The notes under the pieces: generated by a model
What the model was told of the DNA's origin: nothing
Database searches by the model: none
The model's input: the letters and a program-made list of their open reading frames with translations, nothing else
Part shown: piece after piece, positions 45,321 to 54,252 of the stretch
How the letters are laid out: every line of letters starts with the position of its first letter
Numbering within the stretch: the first letter of the stretch is position 1
NCBI GenBank assembly: GCA_050251055.1
Contig: JBFWNL010000007.1
Location: 96,001-160,000 of the forward strand
Length of the DNA: 64,000 bases
Direction of reading: 5' to 3'
DNA from: Bacteriovoracia bacterium
GTDB lineage: Bacteria > Bdellovibrionota > UBA1018 > JBFWNL01
Made by a program: the position numbers and the translations under genes

Positions 45321-48300
45321 CTATTTGAGCAACACGTCCAACAGCAGGCTTTGCTGCGAGTCGAGTTCCTGCTTGTACTTCAGGTAGTACGCGTAGCGCG
45401 CTTCGGCGGCCTTACGCTGTTCCGCGCCGTTGTTCCATTTCTGGCGGGCCTGACCCACAATGTCGCCGAAGGCCTCTTGATTCAGGGGCTGGCGACCTTG
45501 CAGGGCCTTGAAGGCGGGAACTTGGGCGTTTTGTTGGATCAGCTGGCTGAGGGGAGAGCTGTCGGCCACCTGGTTTTCTTCCAGGGTTTGGTAGACCGCC
45601 GCGGACGCCTTCAGAACCGCCGACACCTGTTCCGTGGGTTCCACCGGGATTTCTTGCACGGCCTGGACAATGGCCACGAAGCGCTCTTTGAATTGACCGA
45701 CATTCACGGGTAGGTCTTGGGTGGGCACCGTTTCACGGACGAGCTTGGCCAGCGCCTCGTAGCCGGCGAAGTATGCGGCTTCCGACGGCGGTGCTTTGGA
45801 CATTCGGCCGATCTCGTCGTAGCGTTTGAGGAAACCGATCGTCACCGAGCTTTCCTCGTTAAATGTTCCGATGTATCCTGCGCCGAACTTCACCGCGTAG
45901 GCGGCCTGGTTCAGCTGGTCCTTGTCGATGCGCGTGATCCCGTACGGGCGCAGCCGGCGTTCGGTCTCGGCCGTGCGGTTCGGGATGCCGAGCCCACCGC
46001 GGTATGCGTCAAACAAGGTCGTGATCAGCTCCTGTTCCTTGCTAAAGCGAGGACGGTAGGTCAGGGCGGGTTCGTTCTCCAGCCTCAGGTTTTCCGGCAC
46101 GCTTACCCCCATGGCCACGCGGGCCGTGAGGTAATCGCCGATTTCCCGCCGCCAGGCGGGTTCGTCGATGAAGTTCGGGTAGATGTCGCGCGCGATGTTC
46201 TTTTGCGAAAACGTGACTCGGGCCGATAGATAGTTCATAGCCGCTTGGCGTACGCCCTCAAGGCCTACAACATCAAACGGCTTCGCGAGATCCGCGGAAG
46301 TGGTCCCGTTGCGGGTGGTAACCACGTGCACGCCGAACTCGTCGTCCGATTTGTAGCGAACGTCTTTTAGGTAGTAGCCGTATTCGTCCACGACCTCCTT
46401 GCCCTGTTTGGCGAGGTACGCGCGCACGGCCTCATCGCCGCATCCTTTGATGGCGATGTTCTGGGAGCGGTAGAGATCCTCGCGCAGGAGGCTGACTTCG
46501 ACCAGATCCACGGGGCGGGCGGTGAGCGTGGCGTCGCTGGCGCGCACGGCGCAGTACCGGTTTGAGATGAAAGCGTTGTCGCGGAAGAACTCATAGACCT
46601 TCACGGCCGCCTCGCGGTAATCGCGATAGGCGCGGGAGAATTTTCCGTCGGACTCGGTGCTGTTTTTCATCTCTTCCAGCTTTTGCTCGAAGCCCGCTTC
46701 GTCGAAGGCTTCCAGATAGGTGTAAGTCAAGCCCAAGTACTGGGCGAGGTGGAAGCGCCACTCGTCGTACACGCGCTTGAGCGGATTGAAGTAGGAGCGT
46801 TTCACGTAGTTCATGAAGGCATCCGAGCTCAGCATGTTGTAACGATCATGACGATAGCCTTCCCGTGCGTACACGGTCTGGTACTCGTGAATCCAATGAT
46901 TCACGATTTCTAGCGGATTCGTGCCCGCATCGAAGCGGTTGCAAAGGGGATCCGCGGCTAGCGCCACGTCCTCGTCGGTGCAGTAGCGGAAGGGCTTCAG
47001 CGCCTTGTCCGCCCCGGCGCGGAGGACGTTGCCGGCAATATCCTGCGCGGGGTCGAGCGTGAGCAGGCTTTCGTCGGCCAGAGCTACCTGAGCGGCGTAC
47101 CCGAACCGGATCGCCGCGACGTCGTATTTTCCCGCGATCGTCAGGCGGTCTTCGTCGTCGGCCGTGTAGTCCATGATGGAGGAGCTGCGAACCGGGTCGG
47201 ACGTTCCGGTTTCCTTCACGTCGTGGAAGTTCGCTTGGTCGGTCGAGGCGATGAAGTTGTGGCGCAAGCCTAGGTTGTGACCGATTTCGTGGATCAAGAC
47301 CGGCACGAGGCGCGAAGGGAGCAGCTTTTCGGCGCAATCACCGAGAACCTTGCTTTCCTCGATGTCGGAGGTGACGTCGGTTTGCCGCAGCTTCGCGACG
47401 TAGGCGTCGACCTGGCCTCCGCATTTGAGCTTCATGTCCTCGATCAGGTGCTTGATCGAGATCGTTTGGTCGCAATCCCAGGCGCGCCGGGAAACCTTCG
47501 CCGGAGTCGCGGCCACGGCTTCGAAGGTGCCTTCGTAGAGGCCATTCGGACCCTTCACGTGTTTCAACGATGCACCTTCAGTCGGAGCCGGGATCGCCGG
47601 TTCCGACTCGGCGGGCGTCTTGACCGACGGTCCGGCGATCGCTTTACGGTCGAATAAGCCGAGTTCGGCGCGGACGTAGCGACGCAGGTTGTTCACGATG
47701 TTGCTCTTGATTGGGGTGATGTAGATGTTCGCGGTCGCGGAGATGATCTCGCCCGTGCTTGGATCAACGATCGAAGGCCCGAAGCCCAAAAGGTCACCAT
47801 CGGAGATCGAGCTTACCAGATTGATCGCGTTGTAGCGCAGGTCCCCGAGCGGGACGTCCAGACTCAGGTCATTCGCGTCGGCGGCTTCTTCCAGGCGTAC
47901 TTGCACTTTGCTGCCGGCGTCGCGGAAGGCCTGGTTCCAAGCGTGAATGGCGTCGCGACCGGCCTGACGCAGGTAGCCTGGGCTTCCCTGGGCGAAACGG
48001 TAAACGATGTCATTTTTTGGGTTGAATCGCTGCATGAGGAAGTCCCGTTCAAAGTCTTCCTGCTTGTCCATTTCCCACGTCTTGAAGCGGGGTTTTTTGA
48101 CGGTGAAGAAGCCGAACTTATGCATGTCTTCCGTGAAGTAGCGCCGGGCTTCGTAGCCGCGATCTTCCACGCGGCGCAAGGCGTACTTATAGCGAACCGA
48201 CTCGCCCGTTTTCATGATCGTGAAGCTGATGTAGTCGTGGGAGATCTCGAGATCGATGAGCTTCGTGTCGGTACGGTTCGAGACGTAGAGACTCTGTACG

Positions 48301-49334
48301 TTGGCGAAGCCTACCTGCATATACGGACGGGTTTCGGGCAGGTGCTGGTAGTCGACCATGCCCTTCATCCCACGGCCGGAGCCGTAATTTTCAAGGCGGT
48401 ATTCCAGCCGATCGATGGGGAGTACGAGCACCGGGAGGTAGTTCACCTCATTCGACTTGTTGAGGCGGTCATCGATGTTGACGCTCACTCCGCGCAAAAT
48501 ATTGCCCGTGGCTAGGAACTTGATTTTGGTGGCCAGGCCCAACCGGGAATCCGCCTGGTTGGAGTAGGATTCGCCCACGATCACGTCGCTGTGGTTGGGG
48601 TTAGAGTCGATGAGAGTCTCCGAGAAATACCATTCGCCGTCGAATAGACTGGCGGGAAACACGTCAATCTGGCGGACGGGCTCGAAAGCTTCTCGGCCTT
48701 CATACACGATACGCACGTGGGTGGCTTCTTGCGCGCTCGGAACGGAGATTTCGGTCAGCTCGTGGGAGGCTTCCCCGAATTCATTTTTCTTCGGCTCTAC
48801 CCGCACGTATCTCACTGGGTAGCCGACAAGAGGAATCGCCAGTTGATCGCTCATCAGCTTTTCGCCGATGTCCGTGGCGTAGGGGAATTCCAGATAAGGT
48901 AAATCCACGCGGCGGCCGATCTTGTAGATTTTCAGTCGATCCTGTTCGAGTTTGTAGACTAGGTCGTACTCGTGGTGTTCGCGACCGTAGAGAGGAACGT
49001 CGCCGAGCAGGGTTTCCGTCGACCGGTACGCAACCAGGGGGAGATTGTTGACAATCTTGTCCGAATCGCTGGCGGCGGAGAGCGATGGCGAGATGATGGG
49101 GTTGCCGGCCTGGCTGAAGCGCGCGTCCGCGATTTTGTTGTTCGTTTGCAGCTTGAACCGCTTGCCATCCACCGCGCTGATTTCAAGCAGACCGATGCCT
49201 TCGCCCTGGCCGAATTTCGTCTCGCGCTTGGGCGTACAGGCAGCGGTGATGAGTCCCAGGCAGGCAGCCATGAGCACGAGGCCGATAGGGAAGCTGGGAT
49301 CTAAACGGGTTTGGGCGGGGGTTTTCTTTTTCAT
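45321..49334 (-). CDS. Large zinc metalloprotease lipoprotein (metzincin, EcxA/DUF4953-like)
   Basis: Lipobox TAAC; GDLRYN, LLGFGPS.VDP.TGEIISA, HEIGHNLGLRHNF, Met-turn SSIMDY, GKYD.AAI.FGY. Confidence 0.88.
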   Translation of the reverse strand: MKKKTPAQTRLDPSFPIGLVLMAACLGLITAACTPKRETKFGQGEGIGLLEISAVDGKRFKLQTNNKIADARFSQAGNPIISPSLSAASDSDKIVNNLPLVAYRSTETLLGDVPLYGREHHEYDLVYKLEQDRLKIYKIGRRVDLPYLEFPYATDIGEKLMSDQLAIPLVGYPVRYVRVEPKKNEFGEASHELTEISVPSAQEATHVRIVYEGREAFEPVRQIDVFPASLFDGEWYFSETLIDSNPNHSDVIVGESYSNQADSRLGLATKIKFLATGNILRGVSVNIDDRLNKSNEVNYLPVLVLPIDRLEYRLENYGSGRGMKGMVDYQHLPETRPYMQVGFANVQSLYVSNRTDTKLIDLEISHDYISFTIMKTGESVRYKYALRRVEDRGYEARRYFTEDMHKFGFFTVKKPRFKTWEMDKQEDFERDFLMQRFNPKNDIVYRFAQGSPGYLRQAGRDAIHAWNQAFRDAGSKVQVRLEEAADANDLSLDVPLGDLRYNAINLVSSISDGDLLGFGPSIVDPSTGEIISATANIYITPIKSNIVNNLRRYVRAELGLFDRKAIAGPSVKTPAESEPAIPAPTEGASLKHVKGPNGLYEGTFEAVAATPAKVSRRAWDCDQTISIKHLIEDMKLKCGGQVDAYVAKLRQTDVTSDIEESKVLGDCAEKLLPSRLVPVLIHEIGHNLGLRHNFIASTDQANFHDVKETGTSDPVRSSSIMDYTADDEDRLTIAGKYDVAAIRFGYAAQVALADESLLTLDPAQDIAGNVLRAGADKALKPFRYCTDEDVALAADPLCNRFDAGTNPLEIVNHWIHEYQTVYAREGYRHDRYNMLSSDAFMNYVKRSYFNPLKRVYDEWRFHLAQYLGLTYTYLEAFDEAGFEQKLEEMKNSTESDGKFSRAYRDYREAAVKVYEFFRDNAFISNRYCAVRASDATLTARPVDLVEVSLLREDLYRSQNIAIKGCGDEAVRAYLAKQGKEVVDEYGYYLKDVRYKSDDEFGVHVVTTRNGTTSADLAKPFDVVGLEGVRQAAMNYLSARVTFSQKNIARDIYPNFIDEPAWRREIGDYLTARVAMGVSVPENLRLENEPALTYRPRFSKEQELITTLFDAYRGGLGIPNRTAETERRLRPYGITRIDKDQLNQAAYAVKFGAGYIGTFNEESSVTIGFLKRYDEIGRMSKAPPSEAAYFAGYEALAKLVRETVPTQDLPVNVGQFKERFVAIVQAVQEIPVEPTEQVSAVLKASAAVYQTLEENQVADSSPLSQLIQQNAQVPAFKALQGRQPLNQEAFGDIVGQARQKWNNGAEQRKAAEARYAYYLKYKQELDSQQSLLLDVLLK

Positions 49335-50161
49335 AAGATGTACTCCAAGGAAAGGAAAGCGCTCGAGGAATTGGGATTATAGAGGGATATATTGGAATCG
49401 ACTCCGTTGGCCTTCAGGCCAGAGCCGGAGTTGGTGTGACCGACGCTCGCGGTGAAATGTTCGCTGAGACCCAGACTCAGCGCTTGATCCCAGTTAAACT
49501 GGTTTTTGATCGCGCCCTCGTAAGTCCAGGCGGTCGTGAACGTGAAGTTAGTTTCGAAGGCGAGTTTTTTATAGATGGGCGCGACGGCGTTGAGGCGGTG
49601 GCTTAGCGAGTAGCGAGGGTTTGCCTTCCCGTCCAGCGTCGTGGAGTATTCGTGAAGATGCCGCGCGAACCCGAGGTCGTAGAACGCGCTAACCTCCCAA
49701 CCCCAGCTTTCGGGAGCCGTAAAAAGTAGGCGGGGAGCGATCCGAAGCGTGGTGATGAGCTGCTGATTGTCGCGCTCAATACGGCTCAGCGGAATGTTCG
49801 CGGAACCCGTGACGTTGAGCTCAAGCGTGGGCGAGAGCGAGATTTCAGAACGGGTGAGGTAAATCTGAGTTTTTTGGGAGCGTAGTTCACGGGAATCAGA
49901 GAGGTCCTGTACGATCACCGCCACCGCGCCGAGGGTGTACGCCGAAGAAAACCGATAAGTTGGGTTCAGGGTAGCGCTAAGGTCGGCCCGGTGAAGGGAG
50001 TCATCCCAAGCGTGTAGGCTCGAACTGGCTTGGAGTTCCGCGGCGAACCCGAATCGGGCGCCCTCCGATGACGACTCGACGGCGAGAGCGGACGAGCCGA
50101 CCAAGATCGACGTCCATAGAAAAACAGGTCTAAATAGGATCCCTTCACTTCTTAACCGCAT
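49331..50161 (-). CDS. Putative outer-membrane beta-barrel protein
   Basis: Signal peptide, alternating amphipathic strands, C-terminal FLSLEYIL; ATGA overlap with the protease. Confidence 0.72.
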   Translation of the reverse strand: MRLRSEGILFRPVFLWTSILVGSSALAVESSSEGARFGFAAELQASSSLHAWDDSLHRADLSATLNPTYRFSSAYTLGAVAVIVQDLSDSRELRSQKTQIYLTRSEISLSPTLELNVTGSANIPLSRIERDNQQLITTLRIAPRLLFTAPESWGWEVSAFYDLGFARHLHEYSTTLDGKANPRYSLSHRLNAVAPIYKKLAFETNFTFTTAWTYEGAIKNQFNWDQALSLGLSEHFTASVGHTNSGSGLKANGVDSNISLYNPNSSSAFLSLEYIL

Positions 50162-50193
50162 TCACGCTCCATCGACCTAGTGCGGCGGCATAG

Positions 50194-50210
50194 AGCGAAG
50201 AGCGTGCCAG
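50194..50210 (-). promoter_or_regulatory. sigma54 (-24/-12) promoter of the barrel-protease operon
   Basis: Minus strand CTGGCACGCTCTTCGCT, GG-N10-GC. Confidence 0.68.
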
Positions 50211-50369
50211 TAGAAAACAGGGAACTGGGCAAAATGGCCCCAGGGGAGTCGGTAGTTTAGCGAGAGGGCGTCGCGGGGTTAGGCCACTGAGCTGGTCACT
50301 CACGCCGCGACTGTAAAAGACTTCGACAGATTGCTGGTCTCCTGGGCGAGCCTTCATTAGCATAGAGGA

Positions 50370-50657
50370 ATGAAAGCAATATTCGTTGGATTCCTTTTAG
50401 GTTCGGGGGCGCTGGTTTCCACATACGCGGCGGACCACATGGGTCCCTGTGATGAGCAGGTAAAGCGTGTCGTGAGCCAGCAATGCATGGATGGTTGCCG
50501 AGCCCGATATCAAGCGGACGTCGCAGATTGCGATGCTCTAAGTTGGATCGATCCGGGTTACGCGGCTTGCTTGGAGCAGGCTCAAGCGCGCTACACGGGC
50601 TGCACCGCGATTTGCCAAGGTAAGATTAAGCGCTGTACCGTCGCGCCCGAAGGCTGA
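50370..50657 (+). CDS. Small secreted 8-Cys protein
   Basis: Signal peptide; C-x11-C-x3-C-x10-C-x12-C-x10-C-x3-C-x6-C. Confidence 0.78.
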   Translation: MKAIFVGFLLGSGALVSTYAADHMGPCDEQVKRVVSQQCMDGCRARYQADVADCDALSWIDPGYAACLEQAQARYTGCTAICQGKIKRCTVAPEG

Positions 50658-50669
50658 TTTTGATTTCCT

Positions 50670-50708
50670 AAAAACAAAACCGCCGGGCCCTTTGCGGCAC
50701 CCGGCGGT
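50670..50708. terminator. Intrinsic terminator (U-tract on the minus strand)
   Basis: ACCGCCGGG...CCCGGCGGT preceded by an A-tract. Confidence 0.75.
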
Positions 50709-50737
50709 CCAATGTCTTCAAAAAGTCGCGGTCCCGA

Positions 50738-51517
50738 TTACTGGGCGCCGGCGGCTTTCATGCTGGCTTCGATGAAGTCCTTCGCCATGGTGGCGGTGAT
50801 TTCTTCGCCGGCAAGCTTCTTCAGCGACTTGGCGACCTTGGCCGCGAAGCCATCGGTCACTTCGAGCTTGCCCTGCTCGAACGCGGAAACAAGCGCTTCG
50901 CGATCCGCCTTTGCACTGAATTCTTTCGCGAAGATGTCTGTCACGGCGTCGCCGCTTCCGGTCAGGACCGCTTCGTAGCTCTTGCCCAGGATCGCGGCCG
51001 TGGTCTTCTCCGGTAAGCCAAAGTTTTGGGCCGCGCGGGTGACGTTTTCCTCGACGGAAGGATCCAGGCTTTCCAAAGCTTGGTCCGCGTTAGCCGAGTT
51101 GTAGATGCCCGTCACGTAGTACTGACGCACGCAGCGAGTACGGTAGCGGTCGGTGTACCAACGGTGCACATGAACGTGGCGACCGTAGCGGGGTACATAA
51201 ATGTATTCTCTCTCCACGTAGTAGTTGCCGTAAGACGGGATGTAACGAACTTCACGCACTTCGTACGTGGTGACGTGACGGTAGTGAACTCCGCTGTAAT
51301 AGAAATCTTCGTCTGCCAACGTGCCAATGGCCGCGCCGACTAATCCACCGACCGCGGCGCCTACGATGGCTCCGCCCGTTCCGTTATTGCTGCCGATCGC
51401 GGCTCCGGCGATCGCGCCGACGACCGCGCCGACTTGTCCGCCGTTACAGCCGGTTTGAACCGTAGCTACGGTCATCAACGCGGCAACCCAAACAACCTTA
51501 CTTCCAGACTTTTTCAT
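50738..51517 (-). CDS. Glycine-zipper lipoprotein
   Basis: Lipobox QTGC; GAVVGAIAGAAIG...GAIVGAAVGGLVGAAIG; Tyr/Arg/His-rich middle. Confidence 0.82.
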   Translation of the reverse strand: MKKSGSKVVWVAALMTVATVQTGCNGGQVGAVVGAIAGAAIGSNNGTGGAIVGAAVGGLVGAAIGTLADEDFYYSGVHYRHVTTYEVREVRYIPSYGNYYVEREYIYVPRYGRHVHVHRWYTDRYRTRCVRQYYVTGIYNSANADQALESLDPSVEENVTRAAQNFGLPEKTTAAILGKSYEAVLTGSGDAVTDIFAKEFSAKADREALVSAFEQGKLEVTDGFAAKVAKSLKKLAGEEITATMAKDFIEASMKAAGAQ

Positions 51518-51548
51518 TGCTCACACTCTCCTCTTGGACAGCCCCTTA

Positions 51549-51564
51549 TACAAAAGCTGTGCCT
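51549..51564 (-). promoter_or_regulatory. Possible sigma54 promoter (variant -12)
   Basis: Minus strand AGGCACAGCTTTTGTA, GG-N10-GT. Confidence 0.4.
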
Positions 51565-51703
51565 GTCGTAATGCAACTAGTCATGCGCGGCAAGCGATAT
51601 AACGCGTTTCTGGGGGATTTCCTGAGGAGAGAGGAGTGGCCTAGCGCAGAGTGGCCCCGGTTAAAAATTGACTTTTTGAGTATGTTTTTATAAGAGATCT
51701 CCC

Positions 51704-52654
51704 GTGTTTTCGGATACTAAAACTATCTTTAACGCGTTTGGGCGCACTGTCTCTACCGGGGTCATTTTGCGGCTGCTTTTCCTCGCCCTAAGCGGGGTGG
51801 CAGGCCTCCCGTCCGCTGTAGCTTTAGAGGAACCCCCGACGCCTTCGCCTTCTCCGACACCTATCGTCGGTTTCATCGATAGCGGGATGAACCGCGAGCT
51901 TCCCGAATTAAAAGAACACGTCGAATCCGATCCTGGATTCTTTGCCGATCAGGGTTCGGCCGATGTCACTGACGAGCGTGATCACGGCACGGCGGTCACG
52001 GAGCGCTTCGTGAGCCAGGCCAAGGCCCTGGGCGTAAGCGATTTCCAGATTCGGATGGTGAAGATGGAAAGCTCCGCCTTCATCGTCCAGGCCATCGACC
52101 ATCTCATCAGTCAGGGCGCGACCATCATTAATATGAGCATCGACTTCTTCCTGCTCGATAGCGGCGAGCAGGCCCGCTACCAAGAGGCGCTTCGCCGTAA
52201 GTATAATGAAGTCCTCTTCGTGGTGTCTGCGGGCTCGACCCGGATGAATCTCTTCCAGCACGAGCTGCATTCCACCCAGCAGTCTTTAAATAACGTCCTA
52301 GTGGTGGGGGGCACCGCCGAGCTGCCACAGGGCCATGTGATCTCTACCGGCTACGGTTCGGTGGTAGATCTATACGGCGCTCTGAAACCGATCGACGGTC
52401 TCAGCACCACGGGGGAGAGAAAGCGGATGCGCGGGGTGAGCTTCTTTTTGCCCGACGTGACCGCCACCGCGCTCGCGATTTCCGTAAAGTCGGGTGAGAA
52501 ACGCCCGCGTAAGCTGATCTCGAAGCTTTCTAAATGCACGACCACGATTCGCACCACCGGTGACCCCAAGAAGCGGATCAGCCTTTTGGGGAAACCGAGT
52601 GATTGCATCACCAAGCTTTTCCCCCCGAAGCCGGCGCCCGAAACCCCGAAGTAG
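51704..52654 (+). CDS. Divergent subtilisin-like (S8) serine protease; start uncertain
   Basis: VGFIDSG (Asp), DHGT (His), IINMS, VVSAGS, RGVSF (Ser). Confidence 0.68.
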   Translation: MFSDTKTIFNAFGRTVSTGVILRLLFLALSGVAGLPSAVALEEPPTPSPSPTPIVGFIDSGMNRELPELKEHVESDPGFFADQGSADVTDERDHGTAVTERFVSQAKALGVSDFQIRMVKMESSAFIVQAIDHLISQGATIINMSIDFFLLDSGEQARYQEALRRKYNEVLFVVSAGSTRMNLFQHELHSTQQSLNNVLVVGGTAELPQGHVISTGYGSVVDLYGALKPIDGLSTTGERKRMRGVSFFLPDVTATALAISVKSGEKRPRKLISKLSKCTTTIRTTGDPKKRISLLGKPSDCITKLFPPKPAPETPK

Positions 52655-52657
52655 TTT

Positions 52658-53218
52658 CTAGACCCGCTGTAGAGTGTTTCGGTCGGTATGCGCGAAGGGT
52701 TGCGGCCGACCGGGCATTTGGAGATAGGTCGTCTCGTCGTAGCTGATCCGCCGACCGTCGTGGATTTCCACCGTAATTTCGTACTTCACCGTCTTGAATT
52801 CCCGGTCGAGGAAAGGGTTCGAGGCGATGCCATAGGTGGCCGACCCCAGATTGGCTTCTAGGCGAAATTTGCGGTCGTCAGCCTTAACGGCTCCGCCCGC
52901 GAGGACCGTGACTCCGCGAGGGACGATGAAGCAACAATAGACCTCTTCCCGGGCGCCGTCCCAGAGCCAGTAGCCCGTCTCTTCGTGAAATGAGTCGGCT
53001 TCACCTAAGCGCCAGGCCATTTTGGAAAAACGCAGCCCGAAAAGCTTCTGCTCGTGGTTGTCGACCGGGCCAAAGGCCTCGAAGCGGATCTGCTCACGGA
53101 ACTTATTGTTTTCCGAGCCTTGACGGTCGTCGTCGGGAGCCACGTCGTCGCCCTTGTTGCCTTCCCACACTCCCACCAGCGGCGCGAGCGGTCCTAGATT
53201 TTTAAGAATTTCTTCCAT
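52658..53218 (-). CDS. Nitrobindin/FABP-like heme-binding beta-barrel (DUF1794)
   Basis: LGPLAPLVGVWEG.KG, FHEETGYWLW, HTDRNTL. Confidence 0.85.
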   Translation of the reverse strand: MEEILKNLGPLAPLVGVWEGNKGDDVAPDDDRQGSENNKFREQIRFEAFGPVDNHEQKLFGLRFSKMAWRLGEADSFHEETGYWLWDGAREEVYCCFIVPRGVTVLAGGAVKADDRKFRLEANLGSATYGIASNPFLDREFKTVKYEITVEIHDGRRISYDETTYLQMPGRPQPFAHTDRNTLQRV

Positions 53219-53259
53219 AACTTTGGATTTTAGACGTGACGGGAAAAATTTGCCAGCGG

Positions 53260-54015
53260 TTAGACGACGGTGAGAATGCGAGGGCCGGCGTCGGTGATGA
53301 GCACGGTATGCTCGTATTGCGCCGACCAGGTCCGATCCGAAGTTTCGAAGATCGTGATTTTCGACTTTGGGATAGGGAGTTCACGGATGGGAGCGGAAGT
53401 GGAGTTGATCATCGGCTCCACGGTGATCGCGCCGCCCGCGAGCAGGATGTCGCCCCGGCCTTTTTTCCCGAACGACGGGACGAAGGGATCTTCGTGGAAG
53501 CCCCGGCCGATGCCGTGCCCCCCGATTTCCTTTACCGCGAAGTAGCCGCGCTTGCGGGCGTACTTTTCGATCGCGAAACCAATATCGCCGGTGGTGCCGT
53601 TTGGGGTAATGGCTTGGATCCCCTTGTGCATCGCCTGGAACGCGACGTCGCAGAGGGTTTTCGCTGCTTCCGAAACGTCGCCGACGAAAAACATCGAGGA
53701 GGTATCCCCGTGAAAGCCATCCTGCAGAACGGTGACGTCGATGTTGATGATGTCGCCGTCGTTGAGCACCCGCCCGTCCGGTACGCCGTGGCAGATGACT
53801 TCGTTCACCGAAGTGCAAATCGCTTTGGGGTAACCGTGGTAACCGATACAGGCGGACTTGGCGCCTCGGCTCAGGATGAAGTCGTTGGCGATCTGGTCGA
53901 GTTCGAGGGTGGTGATGCCCGGCCGCACATGCTTACCGGTGTGGACCAATGCCTCGGCCGCGAGCTTGCAGGCTTTTTCCAGAAGGCGGATTTCCGAGGC
54001 GGTTTTAACGAGCAT
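53260..54015 (-). CDS. map: Methionine aminopeptidase type I
   Basis: CTSVNEVICHG, NIDVT, HGDTS, GHGIG..FHE.P, TVEPM, SAQYEHT. Confidence 0.97.
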   Translation of the reverse strand: MLVKTASEIRLLEKACKLAAEALVHTGKHVRPGITTLELDQIANDFILSRGAKSACIGYHGYPKAICTSVNEVICHGVPDGRVLNDGDIINIDVTVLQDGFHGDTSSMFFVGDVSEAAKTLCDVAFQAMHKGIQAITPNGTTGDIGFAIEKYARKRGYFAVKEIGGHGIGRGFHEDPFVPSFGKKGRGDILLAGGAITVEPMINSTSAPIRELPIPKSKITIFETSDRTWSAQYEHTVLITDAGPRILTVV

Positions 54016-54148
54016 GCGCCCGGCAGATTAGCACAATTTTTGGATTAAGGGTTAACTCCCCGAAGCATCGAAGCTCTTATTCGGCTTCCGGCTCAGGCGC
54101 CCTCCGCCTTTCGGCATATTTATCCGTGCGCCATTTTCCAAGTGAAAA

Positions 54149-54225
54149 TGGCGCACCCGGAAGGATTCGAACCTCCGACCCTCTGGTCCGAAGCCAGATG
54201 CTCTATCCAGCTGAGCTACGGGTGC
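54149..54225 (-). tRNA. tRNA-Arg (anticodon TCG)
   Basis: GCACCCGTAGCTCAGCTGGATAGAGCATCTGGCTTCGGACCAGAGGGTCGGAGGTTCGAATCCTTCCGGGTGCGCCA: full cloverleaf, anticodon loop CTTCGGA, encoded CCA. Confidence 0.96.
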
Positions 54226-54252
54226 GTGTTTTCTATTTAATCCAGTTCGGGG

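Noticed and set aside
54050-54250. Genomic island or prophage at tRNA-Arg; riboswitch upstream of map
   Set aside because: No integrase and no direct repeat of the tRNA end noticed; the hairpins match no riboswitch I recognise.
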